From contig CAWFQH010000005.1 of the NCBI GenBank assembly GCA_963817945.1, forward strand, positions 117,257 through 181,256: 64,000 bases of DNA, written 5' to 3'. Shown here piece after piece: positions 54,892 to 64,000 of the stretch. Each line of letters starts with the position of its first letter. The first letter of the stretch is position 1. A program made the translations under genes and the position numbers. The stretch is from an uncultured Solirubrobacterales bacterium. GTDB taxonomy: Bacteria > Actinomycetota > Thermoleophilia > Solirubrobacterales > 70-9. The notes beneath the pieces were generated by a model. It did not search any database and had not been told where the DNA came from. It saw only the letters and a program-made list of their open reading frames with translations.

Positions 54892-57800
54892 GCCAGCGGG
54901 TGCCCACTCCCGAACAGGCGGTCGCGATCTCTGCCCGCGGGCGCGACGTGCTGGTCGAGGCCGGCGCCGGCAGCGGCAAGACCGGCGTCATGGTCGACCG
55001 CTACTGCCGTCTGGTCTGCGAGGAGGGCATCTCGCCCGACGCCGTCCTCGCCTTCACCTTCACCGACAAGGCCGCCGCCGAGCTGCGGCAGCGGATCCGC
55101 GCGGAGATCGAGTGGCGTGCCGAGGCCGGCTCCGAGCGCGCCCGCGAGTTGCTGGCCGGAATCGGCGCCACCTGGGTGACGACGATCCACGGCTTCTGCA
55201 ACCGGCTGCTGGGCGGGCACCCGGTGGCGGCCGGACTCGACCCTCGCTTCCGCGTGCTCGACGCCGCTGAGACGGAGCGACTCGCGCGCGACGCCTTCGA
55301 GGAGGCGCTCGAGGACTTCCTGGTGGAGGAAAACGACGGCGACCACGAGCGGACGATCGCCGCCTTCGACGTCGCCGGCCTGAGGGCGATGGTGATCGGC
55401 GCCCACGCCGAGCTGCGCAGCCGCGGAATCGCCGAGCCACGATTGCCCGGGCCACCGGCGACGGACGTCGGCGCGGTCCTGCGTCGGGCCGCCGACGCGG
55501 CGGTTACGACGCTGGAGGAGCTGAAGCCGACCAACCCCAACCGCGAGCTGGTGGAGCACGCCCTCGCTGTGTTGGGCGACGGAGCCGCCGAGCCGCCGAG
55601 CCTGGACGAGCTGACGGCGCTGCGCAGCGATAGCTCCGCCCATTCGATGAGCGCGTACTGCGAGGCAATGGAAGCGGCGGTCGCGGCGGTCGCCGAGGCG
55701 GGCGAGGGCGGCGAGGCGTACCGCCACGTCGCCGTCCTGCTGGAGCTGTTCGGCGAGCGCTTCGACGCCGCCAAGCGGCGCCGGGCCGCGATCGACTTCG
55801 AGGACCTGCAGATCCTCGCCGCGCGACTGCTCGAGCGCGGCGAGCCGGGAGCCGCTTACCGGAGCCGCTTCAGTCACCTCCTGGTCGACGAGTTCCAGGA
55901 CACCAACCGACTGCAGCTGCGGCTGATCGAGGCCCTGCGCGGCCCCGGCAGCGCGCTGGTCGTGGTCGGCGACGAGCTGCAATCGATCTACGGCTTCCGC
56001 CACGCCGACCTCGATGTCTTCCGTCGCCAGCGGGCCGCGATCGAAGCCAGTCCCGACGCCGAAGCGATGTCGCTGAGCGGCAACTTCCGTTCGCGGCCCG
56101 AGCTGATCGGTGCCGTCAACCTGCTCGGGCGAACGTTGCTGGGAGACGCGTTCAGACCGCTACACGTGGGTGCGCTGCCGGAGCACGAGGAGCCCGTAGG
56201 AGGCGGGCCCGCGGTGGAGCTACTCCTCAGCGGGCGCGACGGCTGGGACGCGGAGGAGATCGACCTGGAAGCAGCGACCGACGCGACGACCCCGCCCAGC
56301 CAGCTGGCCGAGGCGCGCTTCGTCGCCGCCCGCCTGCGGGCCCTTGCCGACGCCGGTGTCGACCGTGGCGGCATGGTCGTCCTGCTGCGCGCCTTCACCC
56401 ACCTCGACGCCTACGAGGACTCGCTCGAACGGGTGGGGCTGCGCCCCTACGTGGTGGGCGGCCGCGGCTACTGGTCCCAGCAGCAGGTAGCCGACGTCTG
56501 CGCGCTGCTGGCGACGATCGCCAACCCGCTCGACGACCAGGCGCTGTTCGGGGCGCTCGCCTCGCCCGCCTGCGCGGTCGCGCCGGACACGCTCTGGCTG
56601 TTGCGCGCCGCCTGCGGGCGCGGCCGTCACATCTGGCCCGCGCTGGAGCGGCTGTCGGGGCGCGAGGGGGTCGAGCTCGACGACGACACCTGGCTCGACC
56701 GGATCCCGGCCCCCGAGCAGGGCCTGCTGCGCGGCTTCGCGACAACCGTCGAGGCGCTGCGCGAGCGGGCGCCTCGCCTACCCCTCGCCGAGCTGATCGA
56801 CGCGGCCGTCAGCGAGACGCGCTACGACCTGGCGGTGCTCAGCCGCGCCGCCGGCGAGGCTCGCTTTGCCAACGTCCGCAAGCTGATGCGCCTCGCCGCC
56901 GAGTTCGAGGCCAGCGAGAGGCGCGACCTGCGCGGCCTGCTCGACTTTCTCGCCGCCCGCGCCGACGGCGACGTCGACGCGCAGGCGGCGACCGCGGTGG
57001 AGGGGCACGACGGGGTGCGGATCATGACCGTCCACAGCGCCAAGGGCCTCGAGTTCGACGTCGTCGCCGTGCCGGGGCTCTCGCGGCGGCTGCTGGCCGG
57101 CTCGCGGGCGCCGTTGCTGAGCATCGGCAACGAGGCTGAGCCGCGGGTCGGGATGCAGCTGCGCCGCCTCGGTGCCCCCTCCGTCAACCTCTACAGCTAC
57201 ACGGAGCTGCGTGAGGAAGCGCAGCGGCGCGAAGCCGAGGAGGAGCTACGCCTCTTCCACGTCGCCGCCACGCGCGCCCGCGAGCGCCTGATCTTGAGCG
57301 GGGTGATCAAGCCGCAAGCCGGCTCGAGCAACGGCTCCGGCACGCCGGCGATCGAGCGCATCGTCGAGGGACTGGGGGTCGACCGCGAGCAGGACTCGAC
57401 GCTCTCCGTCCCCGCGCCCGATCCGCGCGAGGGGCTGGCAGCGACCTTCGAGCCCTCCCAGATCGGGGTCAGCGTAAGCCTTGCCTCCTCTGAGCGGGCG
57501 GCAGAGCTGACCGCTCGCAGGCGCGAGGACGGCGTGGTGCGAGAGCCCGGCAAGGGCTCGGCGCCGCTGCTTCACCGACGCCGAGCGACGGCGCCGAACC
57601 GACCCCTCTCCTACACGGCCCTGGCCGGCTACGAGGCCTGCGGCTACCGCTTTCAGATGGAACACCTGCTCGGCCTCCCCAGCTCAGTTCGACGTTTGTC
57701 AAACATGCTGCGACAAACGTCGAACTCGGCAGCGGCAGAACCGGATGGCGTGGGACAGGCGGAGGGGGCCGCGCGGGGGGCCGCCGTCCACTCGCTGTTG

Positions 57801-58490
57801 GAGTGGAGCCAGGCGCACGGGTGGAGCGAGCCGCCGCCGGACGTGCTCACCGCGCACGCGACTGCGGCCGGGCTGGAGCCCGACGCCGTGGCGGGCGCGG
57901 ACCTGCTGGGACCGTTGCGCGCCTGGCTCGGGTCCAGTCTCCTCGCCGGCCGCATCGCGACGGGCAGTCCGACCGTGCGCGCAGAGGTTCCCTTCCTGCT
58001 GCGGATCGCGACGACGGACGGCGACGGATCGTCGGGCGACGGCGGCGGCCTCTCCTCGATCCTGCGCGGCTCTCTCGACCTCCTCGTCGAGCGCGAGGGC
58101 GAGCCGCCCCTGGTGGTCGACTACAAGACCGACCGGCTCAACGGCGCCGCCCCAGCCGATCGCGCTGCCGATTACACCGTGCAGCGCGATATCTATGCCC
58201 TCGCCGTCGCCGAAGCGCGCCAGGCCGCTGAGGTCGAGGTCGCCTACGTCTTCCTCGAGCGGCCCGAGGAGCCGGTGCTGCGGACGCTGGACGCGACCGA
58301 GATCAAGGCGGGGCAGGAGCGCCTCTCGGCGACGATCGAACGGATCGGGAGGGGCGATTTCCCCCCGGCCCCGCCCGAGCGCCGCGACTGGTCCCTCTGC
58401 GAGGGCTGCCCAGCGCTCGGACGGCTCTGTTCGGGCCCGGATGCCTCGCCGGGCGCCTACGAAGACCAGTCGCTGTCGGCACCTGCGTAG
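54888..58490 (+). CDS. UvrD/AddA-type ATP-dependent helicase with C-terminal RecB-like nuclease
   Basis: EAGAGSGKT, LLVDEFQDTN, VGDELQSIYGFRHA, TVHSAKGLEFD, C-terminal LVVDYKTD...CEGCPALGRLC. 4-nt overlap with the previous gene. Confidence 0.9.
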   Translation: MSQRVPTPEQAVAISARGRDVLVEAGAGSGKTGVMVDRYCRLVCEEGISPDAVLAFTFTDKAAAELRQRIRAEIEWRAEAGSERARELLAGIGATWVTTIHGFCNRLLGGHPVAAGLDPRFRVLDAAETERLARDAFEEALEDFLVEENDGDHERTIAAFDVAGLRAMVIGAHAELRSRGIAEPRLPGPPATDVGAVLRRAADAAVTTLEELKPTNPNRELVEHALAVLGDGAAEPPSLDELTALRSDSSAHSMSAYCEAMEAAVAAVAEAGEGGEAYRHVAVLLELFGERFDAAKRRRAAIDFEDLQILAARLLERGEPGAAYRSRFSHLLVDEFQDTNRLQLRLIEALRGPGSALVVVGDELQSIYGFRHADLDVFRRQRAAIEASPDAEAMSLSGNFRSRPELIGAVNLLGRTLLGDAFRPLHVGALPEHEEPVGGGPAVELLLSGRDGWDAEEIDLEAATDATTPPSQLAEARFVAARLRALADAGVDRGGMVVLLRAFTHLDAYEDSLERVGLRPYVVGGRGYWSQQQVADVCALLATIANPLDDQALFGALASPACAVAPDTLWLLRAACGRGRHIWPALERLSGREGVELDDDTWLDRIPAPEQGLLRGFATTVEALRERAPRLPLAELIDAAVSETRYDLAVLSRAAGEARFANVRKLMRLAAEFEASERRDLRGLLDFLAARADGDVDAQAATAVEGHDGVRIMTVHSAKGLEFDVVAVPGLSRRLLAGSRAPLLSIGNEAEPRVGMQLRRLGAPSVNLYSYTELREEAQRREAEEELRLFHVAATRARERLILSGVIKPQAGSSNGSGTPAIERIVEGLGVDREQDSTLSVPAPDPREGLAATFEPSQIGVSVSLASSERAAELTARRREDGVVREPGKGSAPLLHRRRATAPNRPLSYTALAGYEACGYRFQMEHLLGLPSSVRRLSNMLRQTSNSAAAEPDGVGQAEGAARGAAVHSLLEWSQAHGWSEPPPDVLTAHATAAGLEPDAVAGADLLGPLRAWLGSSLLAGRIATGSPTVRAEVPFLLRIATTDGDGSSGDGGGLSSILRGSLDLLVEREGEPPLVVDYKTDRLNGAAPADRAADYTVQRDIYALAVAEARQAAEVEVAYVFLERPEEPVLRTLDATEIKAGQERLSATIERIGRGDFPPAPPERRDWSLCEGCPALGRLCSGPDASPGAYEDQSLSAPA

Positions 58491-59236
58491 CGCAGCGATC
58501 CCGGCGTGTCGAGGTCCTCGCCGCTCTCCAGCAGGGTCTTCAGGCCGGAGAGGATCATCGGCCAGCCGCCGAAGAGTTCGTCGTTGGCTCCCTCGGGGAG
58601 CTGGTCGTGGGTGACGGTGAGCCGGCAGGAGGTCCCAACCGGCTCGATCTCCCAGGTCACACGCGAGGTCCCTTCGGCCTTGACCTGATCGCTCCACAGA
58701 GCGGTGAAGCTCTGCACGAGGCGGCGTGGCGGGTCGACCTCCAGGTTCTCGCCCTGCGAGATCGCGATGCCAGCCCCCGCGTGCACCGCCTCGTAGCTTG
58801 ACCCTGGGCTCCAGTCAGAGGACACGCCGACCCCGAACGAGTAGCGCTGCCTCATCTCGGTGTTGACGATCGCCTCCCAGAGTCGCTCTGGCGTCGTCTT
58901 GACATAGATCTCAAACACTTTCTCCATGGTTCTCTCCTCGAGTTCGTTCTTGAGGTCGCTGAGCGTCGCCGCCCAGGGCTCGGCGTACTTGCTCACCCAG
59001 CGGTCGTGGACGAGCCGGATCGGGACGGGGTTGAGGAAGTGGAGCTTCTCGCGGCCGCGCTTACGCGTAACCACGAGGTGCGCCTCCTCCAGCACCTTCA
59101 GATGCTTCATCACGCCGAAACGCGACATCGGCACCTCGCCCTCCAGTTCGCTCAGCGTCTGCCCGTCGCGCTCGAAGAGACGATCGAGCAGGCTGCGCCG
59201 AGTCGGATCCGCAAGCGCCTTGAAGACCTCGTCCAT
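58457..59236 (-). CDS. ArsR-family HTH fused to SRPBCC/AHSA1 domain
   Basis: FKALADPTRRSLLDRL...LSELEGEVPMSRFGVMKHLKVLEEAHLV, then an Aha1/SRPBCC-like C-domain. Its 3' end overlaps the helicase gene by 34 nt. Confidence 0.85.
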   Translation of the reverse strand: MDEVFKALADPTRRSLLDRLFERDGQTLSELEGEVPMSRFGVMKHLKVLEEAHLVVTRKRGREKLHFLNPVPIRLVHDRWVSKYAEPWAATLSDLKNELEERTMEKVFEIYVKTTPERLWEAIVNTEMRQRYSFGVGVSSDWSPGSSYEAVHAGAGIAISQGENLEVDPPRRLVQSFTALWSDQVKAEGTSRVTWEIEPVGTSCRLTVTHDQLPEGANDELFGGWPMILSGLKTLLESGEDLDTPGSLRYAGADSDWSS

Positions 59237-59306
59237 GGTCGAGGAGTATATGTTACCTTTTGGTCACATGTCAACCAGACGCGCATCTGCGGCTGCACCC
59301 GAGGCC

Positions 59307-59849
59307 TCAGGCGAGGTACTTCCCGACCAGCTGCTCGATCGTCCCCTTGGTCCGCATCGTGGTCGGACCGAGCAGCTCCGCAATCGCCTTCGTGTTGAGG
59401 GTGGAGTCGCGCGTTCCCCCGCTCGGCAGCCAGTAGAGCTCGCGGGCGCCGCGAGCCAGAAGGTCCCGCTCGGTGGCCAGCGCCAGCGCTTGCGACCACT
59501 TCGCCGCCGACGGCTTCGCGTCGAGCAGCGACACCTGCAGCTTTCCCTTCGAGGCCGCGACGAGCTTGCGATCGAAGGGTTCGTGGGCGGCGATCGCCCG
59601 CAGCTCGTCCGCGCCGCGGACGAAGACCATCGACTCCCAGCCCAGCGACTCGACAAAGGCCCGTTCGATCCGCCCCGCAAGCTTGGCCCGCGGCTCGCGG
59701 TCGGCCTCGAAGACGACGTTGCCGCTGCTGCGAAAGGTCGCGACGTCCTCGAAACCGATCTCCTCGAACAGCGACCGCAGCTGGGCCGAGCTGACCCGGC
59801 GTCGCGGTCCCAGGTTGACCCCCCGCAGGAAGGCGGCGTGCTTCGACAC
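59307..59849 (-). CDS. DUF1697 family protein
   Basis: HAAFLRGVNLGPRRRVSSAQLRSLFEEIGFEDVATFRSSGNVVF. Confidence 0.8.
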   Translation of the reverse strand: MSKHAAFLRGVNLGPRRRVSSAQLRSLFEEIGFEDVATFRSSGNVVFEADREPRAKLAGRIERAFVESLGWESMVFVRGADELRAIAAHEPFDRKLVAASKGKLQVSLLDAKPSAAKWSQALALATERDLLARGARELYWLPSGGTRDSTLNTKAIAELLGPTTMRTKGTIEQLVGKYLA

Positions 59850-59936
59850 GCCGGCAACGGTAACCGCCGATTAATTTCGGCGACTACGAGCGTCTATAGG
59901 TTTTGAGAGCAACCAGCCGAGAAAGGATTCGTCCGA

Positions 59937-62087
59937 ATGACCCGCCAGCTAGCCCGCCTCGCCGACATCGCCTACCGCCGCCGCGGCCGCATGGTCCTTG
60001 CCTGGATCGTCTCCACGATCGTGATCATCGGCCTTGGCTCATCGCTCGCCGGCGAGTACGAAGCCGACTACAACACGCCGGGATCGGAGTCGAAGGCGGC
60101 GAGCGAGCTCACCGAAAGGGAGTTCGGTGGATACTCCGGCCAGGAAGTATTCGTCGTCTGGGAGGCCGAGGACGGCGCCATGAGCCCGGCGGCGAAAGAG
60201 CGCGTCGACGCTTTCCTCGCCGAGGCCTCGCAAATCGACGATGTCGAGGAAGCGACGCAGGTCCGCGTCTCTGACGACGGCTCGATCGCCACCACGACGC
60301 TGCCCCTGACCGTCCCCGGCTGGGAGGTCCCCAAAGAGGACGGCGAAAAGCTGGTCGCCGCGGCCGAGGACAACAGCGGCGGCGGGCTTGAGATCAAGCT
60401 GGGCGGGGATCCGATCTACCGGACCCAGGAAGGGGCCAGCCCCGAGGGGGTCGGCCTGCTCGGCGCCGCGATCGTCCTGCTGATCGCCTTCGGCTCCATC
60501 GTCGCCGCCGGCCTGCCGCTGGCGATCGCGATCATCGGCCTCGGCATTACCGGTGGCGGGCTGATCGCGCTGCTCGCCAACGTGATCGCGGTGCCGGACT
60601 GGACGCTTGCGGTCGCGGGCCTGATCGGGATCGGGGTCGGGATCGACTACGCCCTCCTCGTGCTGACCCGCTTCCGGACGGCGTTGAGAGACGGCAAGGA
60701 CCGGCACGACGCGGTGATCGAGGCGATCACCACCGCCGGCCGCAGCGTGATCATCGCCGGCTGCACGGTGGTGATTGCCGTCCTCGGGCTTTTCCTCACC
60801 GGCCTCCCCTACATGTACGGGGTGGCGATCTCGGCCTCGCTCGCGGTGCTGGTCGTGATGCTGGCTGCGGTGACCCTGCTGCCGGCGCTGCTCTCCTACC
60901 TCGGCCCGAAGGTCGACCGGCTGCGCATTCCGCTGCTCGGACGGGGGTTGGCGAAGTCCGAAGGCGACGGCGAATCGCCCGCCGCCCGCTGGAGCCACGC
61001 CGTCCAGCGGCGCCCTTGGACGGCCGCGATCGTCGGTACGGCGGTACTGCTGGCGCTGGCCGCGCCGGCGCTCGGCATGCGGCTCGGCTTCCCCGACGCC
61101 GGCAACGACCCGTCGGACACGATGACCCGCCAGTCCTACGACCTGATGTCCGAGGGCTTTGGACCTGGCTCCAACGGCCCGATCGTGATCGCGGCCGAAC
61201 TGCCCGATCCCGCCGCCCGCAGCGACGTCGACAACCTGGTGAGCGGCCTGCGAGCCGATCCAGGGGTCGACTTCGTGCAGAACCCGGTGTTCAACGAAGA
61301 TGGCGATGCGGCGCTGATCACGGCGATCCCCACCACCTCCCCCCAGGACGAGGCGACGCAGGACCTGGTCAAGCGGGTGCGCGAGACGATCGTGCCCGAG
61401 GCCCTGTCGGGAACGGGGGTCGTCGCCGAGGTGGGTGGCCTCAACGCGGCGCTCGAGGACCAAAGCGACTACATGGTCGACCGCATGCCCCTCTTCATCG
61501 GCGGGGTCGTCGGGCTCTCCTTCCTGCTCCTGCTGATCGCCTTCCACTCACCGCTGATCTCGCTGAAGGCGGGGATCATGAACCTGCTCTCGGTGAGCGC
61601 CGCCTACGGCGTGATGACGCTGGTCGCCCAGGGCGGCGCGGTCGGTGAACTGATCGGCATCGACCACGAGGTACCGATAGCGCCGTTCATGCCCGTGATG
61701 ATGTTCGCGATCCTCTTCGGCCTCTCGATGGACTACGAGGTCTTCCTGATCTCGCGCATCCGCGAGGAGTATCTGAAGGACGGCGACACCCGGCGGGCAG
61801 TCGCCGACGGCCTGGCCAAGACGGCTCGGGTGATCACGGCGGCGGCCGCGATCATGGTCGTCGTCTTCCTCGCTTTCGTTGCCTCGCCGGAAGTGTTCCT
61901 GAAGCTGTTCGGGATCGGCCTCGCCTCGGCGATCTTCCTCGACGCCACCGTCGTGCGAATGGTCCTCGTGCCGGCGGTGATGCAGCTGCTCGACCACCGC
62001 AACTGGTGGATTCCAAGCTGGCTGGAGCGGATCCTGCCGCGGCTCGACGTCGAGCGGGTCGCGGTCGGTACCGAGGGCAGGCCTTAG
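59937..62087 (+). CDS. MMPL/RND-superfamily membrane transporter
   Basis: 716 aa with the 1+5 TM / loop / 1+5 TM layout; GIDYALLVLTRF and GLSMDYEVFLISRIREEY. Confidence 0.9.
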   Translation: MTRQLARLADIAYRRRGRMVLAWIVSTIVIIGLGSSLAGEYEADYNTPGSESKAASELTEREFGGYSGQEVFVVWEAEDGAMSPAAKERVDAFLAEASQIDDVEEATQVRVSDDGSIATTTLPLTVPGWEVPKEDGEKLVAAAEDNSGGGLEIKLGGDPIYRTQEGASPEGVGLLGAAIVLLIAFGSIVAAGLPLAIAIIGLGITGGGLIALLANVIAVPDWTLAVAGLIGIGVGIDYALLVLTRFRTALRDGKDRHDAVIEAITTAGRSVIIAGCTVVIAVLGLFLTGLPYMYGVAISASLAVLVVMLAAVTLLPALLSYLGPKVDRLRIPLLGRGLAKSEGDGESPAARWSHAVQRRPWTAAIVGTAVLLALAAPALGMRLGFPDAGNDPSDTMTRQSYDLMSEGFGPGSNGPIVIAAELPDPAARSDVDNLVSGLRADPGVDFVQNPVFNEDGDAALITAIPTTSPQDEATQDLVKRVRETIVPEALSGTGVVAEVGGLNAALEDQSDYMVDRMPLFIGGVVGLSFLLLLIAFHSPLISLKAGIMNLLSVSAAYGVMTLVAQGGAVGELIGIDHEVPIAPFMPVMMFAILFGLSMDYEVFLISRIREEYLKDGDTRRAVADGLAKTARVITAAAAIMVVVFLAFVASPEVFLKLFGIGLASAIFLDATVVRMVLVPAVMQLLDHRNWWIPSWLERILPRLDVERVAVGTEGRP

Positions 62088-62500
62088 GCTCCGCTCTCCT
62101 TCGATCCAGGTCCGACCCCCGGCGGCGCGTAGCGATGGTGGATCGCCAGCGCGTTGCCGTCGGGGTCGGCGAAGAAAGCCTGGTGGCAAACGCCGGAATC
62201 GAGGGTGTCGGCTTTGAACTCGACCCCGCGCGATTCCAGCTCTGCCCGCGCGGCGGCGGCGTCGTCGACCCGCAGCTCGATCGGGTGGCTGTTGGCCTGG
62301 AACTCGAGCCCGAAGGCGTCGGACTGCATGACCGCGATCGTCAGGTTGCCCGTCTCGAACTCGCCGGCCGGCATGTTGCCCCAGCGCTTCGAGAACGGTA
62401 GCCCGAGGACACCGCCGTAGAACTCAGCGGCAGCGTCGTAGTCCTTGGTCGCCACGGTGATGAAGTCGGTGCCGGTGATGAGCTGCGTCTCGGTGGTCAT
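62084..62500 (-). CDS. VOC (glyoxalase-fold) protein
   Basis: ATG 62500 within ORF 62084..62839. FITVATKDYDAAAEFYGGVLGL...FFADPDGNALAIHH. Confidence 0.8.
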   Translation of the reverse strand: MTTETQLITGTDFITVATKDYDAAAEFYGGVLGLPFSKRWGNMPAGEFETGNLTIAVMQSDAFGLEFQANSHPIELRVDDAAAARAELESRGVEFKADTLDSGVCHQAFFADPDGNALAIHHRYAPPGVGPGSKESGA

Positions 62501-62519
62501 GAGTGGCCCCTTTCGCCGT

Positions 62520-62991
62520 CGTACTCGTCGTGCAGGCGCCACCAACTGTACGGCGGCGATTGCGGCCTGCCAGGTGGTGATTCCTCCCATTCCTCCTGGC
62601 GGCCGAGCGGGGTCAGCGGCGCAGTTGGCCGCCCGGAAGCGCTCGGACCTGAAGACCGGGCGTCGTCGACGATGCTGAACGGGTTGAGCCCGCCGCCCCA
62701 GATCCGAGCCCCTACCTCGAAGCGTTCGCAGTTGGTCGGGTTGAGGGTGAACTGGTGGCGATCGACGTAGGCGCGGATGTCCCTTAAGGCCCGGCGAGAT
62801 AGAGCTTCCCGTGGACGTAGGTGAGCTGGGAGCCGACACCAGCCCACCGACGCCCGATCTGGGAGTTGGCCGGGCAACTCGGGGGAGGCCAGCTCGTCAC
62901 GGCCGCGCCTGCCCTGGCGGCGGCGATCTCCGCGTCGGAGCACTGGGAGACACCGGCGAGCTTCGCCACCATCCCCGGCGGCAGGGCACAT
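62520..62991 (-). pseudogene. decayed fragment of a larger (secreted/surface?) protein gene, multiple frames
   Basis: The pieces ...CPANSQIGRRWAGVGSQLTYVHGKLYLAGP and ...AYVDRHQFTLNPTNCERFEVGARIWGGGLNPFSIVDDA lie in different minus-strand frames with no plausible start. Confidence 0.35.
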
Positions 62992-63082
62992 CGAAGCGAG
63001 TCAGGTCCTGGTCGTCTCGCGTCGGGTCAGGCGCAGGCTGAGGGGCGAGTAGGCGCCGGCAGTGGCGTTGAGCGAGTCGGCG

Positions 63083-63141
63083 GATAACCCGGGGCAAAGG
63101 GCGGCGCCCCCGCAGGGGGCCGCCCTTTGCCCCGGGTTATC
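63083..63141. repeat. 59-nt near-perfect palindrome (23-bp perfect arms)
   Basis: gataacccggggcaaagggcggc-gcccccgcagggg-gccgccctttgccccgggttatc. Confidence 0.75.
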
Positions 63142-63291
63142 TGGAAGGAGGAGGTGGTGGTGACCGGGTTTTGGCTGGGGCCGCCCACGGAGTGAAGACA
63201 GCGGTCGTCGTGTGCGTACCGCAGGCCGGCGGGGCGATCAGGGGCGAGCGGCCGCCCTCTCGGAAACCGATGCGGACATCCTGATGTCGGA

Positions 63292-63877
63292 GTGGGCGCC
63301 GAGGTTCGCTCGCTGACCGAATTCGAGGAAGAAGGCGAGGCCGACTTCTCATACTTGATCTCCGGCTTGGCCCCGCTTTCGTGTCAATGCCCTCAAACAG
63401 CGAGGCACGATCTCGATTGTCTGCCGCGCGATCCCCTTCGACGTGCACACGAGCGAGCAGCTCGGCCTGCCTGATTTCGTCCGTATCCTGACCGAAGAGC
63501 AGCGGGGGTCATCCTCGTCGCCAACACTACGGGTTCGGGCAAGAGCACCACGCTGGCGGCGATGATCGACCACGGCCGCGTGCCCGCCTTCGAGGTACTC
63601 GTCATCACCGGCCGTGTACAGGATTTGATCCTCAGTCCCAACGAGACTGGCAAGATCACCGAGGTGATCGCCGAGGGCGAGTACTACGGCATGCGCACCT
63701 TCGCCCCAGTCGCTCCTGATGTACGTCATGGAAGGCAAGGTCAGTGAAGAGGTCGCGCTCGACTACGTCTCGAGCCCACTCGACTTCAGGCTGACGCTGG
63801 CCGCCAGCGTGCCAGCGGCATCGAGCAGCTCGCAACCCGTAGCGACCCTAAGTTCCCTCAACACAGGCGAGCTTTGA
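63292..63877 (+). pseudogene. pilT: decayed PilT/PilU-type twitching-motility ATPase gene
   Basis: Fragments in shifting frames: ...RFRVNALKQRGTISIVCRAIP..., ILVANTTGSGKSTTLAAMIDH (Walker A), then a jump to ...ITGRVQDLI...ITEVIAEGEYYGMRTF and QSLLMYVMEGKVSEEVALDYVSSPLDFRL. Most of the central ATPase core is missing. Confidence 0.6.
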
Positions 63878-63913
63878 TATAAACTTGTTCAATAATCGAG
63901 CAAAGGGAATGTT

Positions 63914-64000
63914 ATGTGGTGCCGTTATTTCGTTGCGACGATTGTCGTGCTCGCCGCGCTGATCGGGGCTGCCGGTTGCGGCAGTGACGCCGACGATGGA
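63914..64000 (+). CDS. putative lipoprotein, N-terminal fragment (runs off window)
   Basis: AAAGGGA 6 nt before ATG 63914. MWCRYFVATIVVLAALIGAAGCGSDADDG has a lipobox (AAGC). Confidence 0.5.
   Translation, partial: MWCRYFVATIVVLAALIGAAGCGSDADDG

Overview
High-GC (roughly 68-70%) actinobacterial-type chromosome segment, densely coding on both strands. No rRNA, tRNA or CRISPR array was found. All family names come from reading the translations and recognising motifs; no searches were run. Housekeeping content, in order: a GGDEF cyclase; a glycosyltransferase; nadB; the hyuA/hyuB oxoprolinase pair; a complete sulfur-carrier cysteine pathway (MoeZ-like E1, CysO, CysM, Mec); htpX; a NarL-type two-component pair split by a DUF559 gene; an MFS pump; a split SUF Fe-S cluster locus (Rrf2, sufC, sufS, sufU, Rieske, sufB, sufD, with sufT 22 kb away); uvsE; ispH; a WS/DGAT; fxsA; an AddAB-like helicase-nuclease pair; an MMPL transporter. 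The main accessory feature is a ~13 kb insertion (36261-49243) in the 3' end of sufT. It is bounded and subdivided by three direct copies of the sufT terminus. The left part is a degraded, integrase-less element. The right part is an intact integrative mobilizable element with a MOBF/TrwC relaxase, xis and a tyrosine integrase. The intact element carries a low-GC three-gene cargo (DUF3892 plus two unknown proteins), which is my best candidate for an undescribed, possibly defence-type system. The second item worth follow-up is a family of three 100-125 nt imperfect palindromes. They share internal sequence blocks, but their outer stems differ in sequence while staying complementary, and the arms swallow flanking stop codons. 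Several conserved genes (sufS, sufB, a sanA-like gene, nadB) show reading-frame or start anomalies that look like single-base indels. The window end holds decayed pilT and surface-protein genes.
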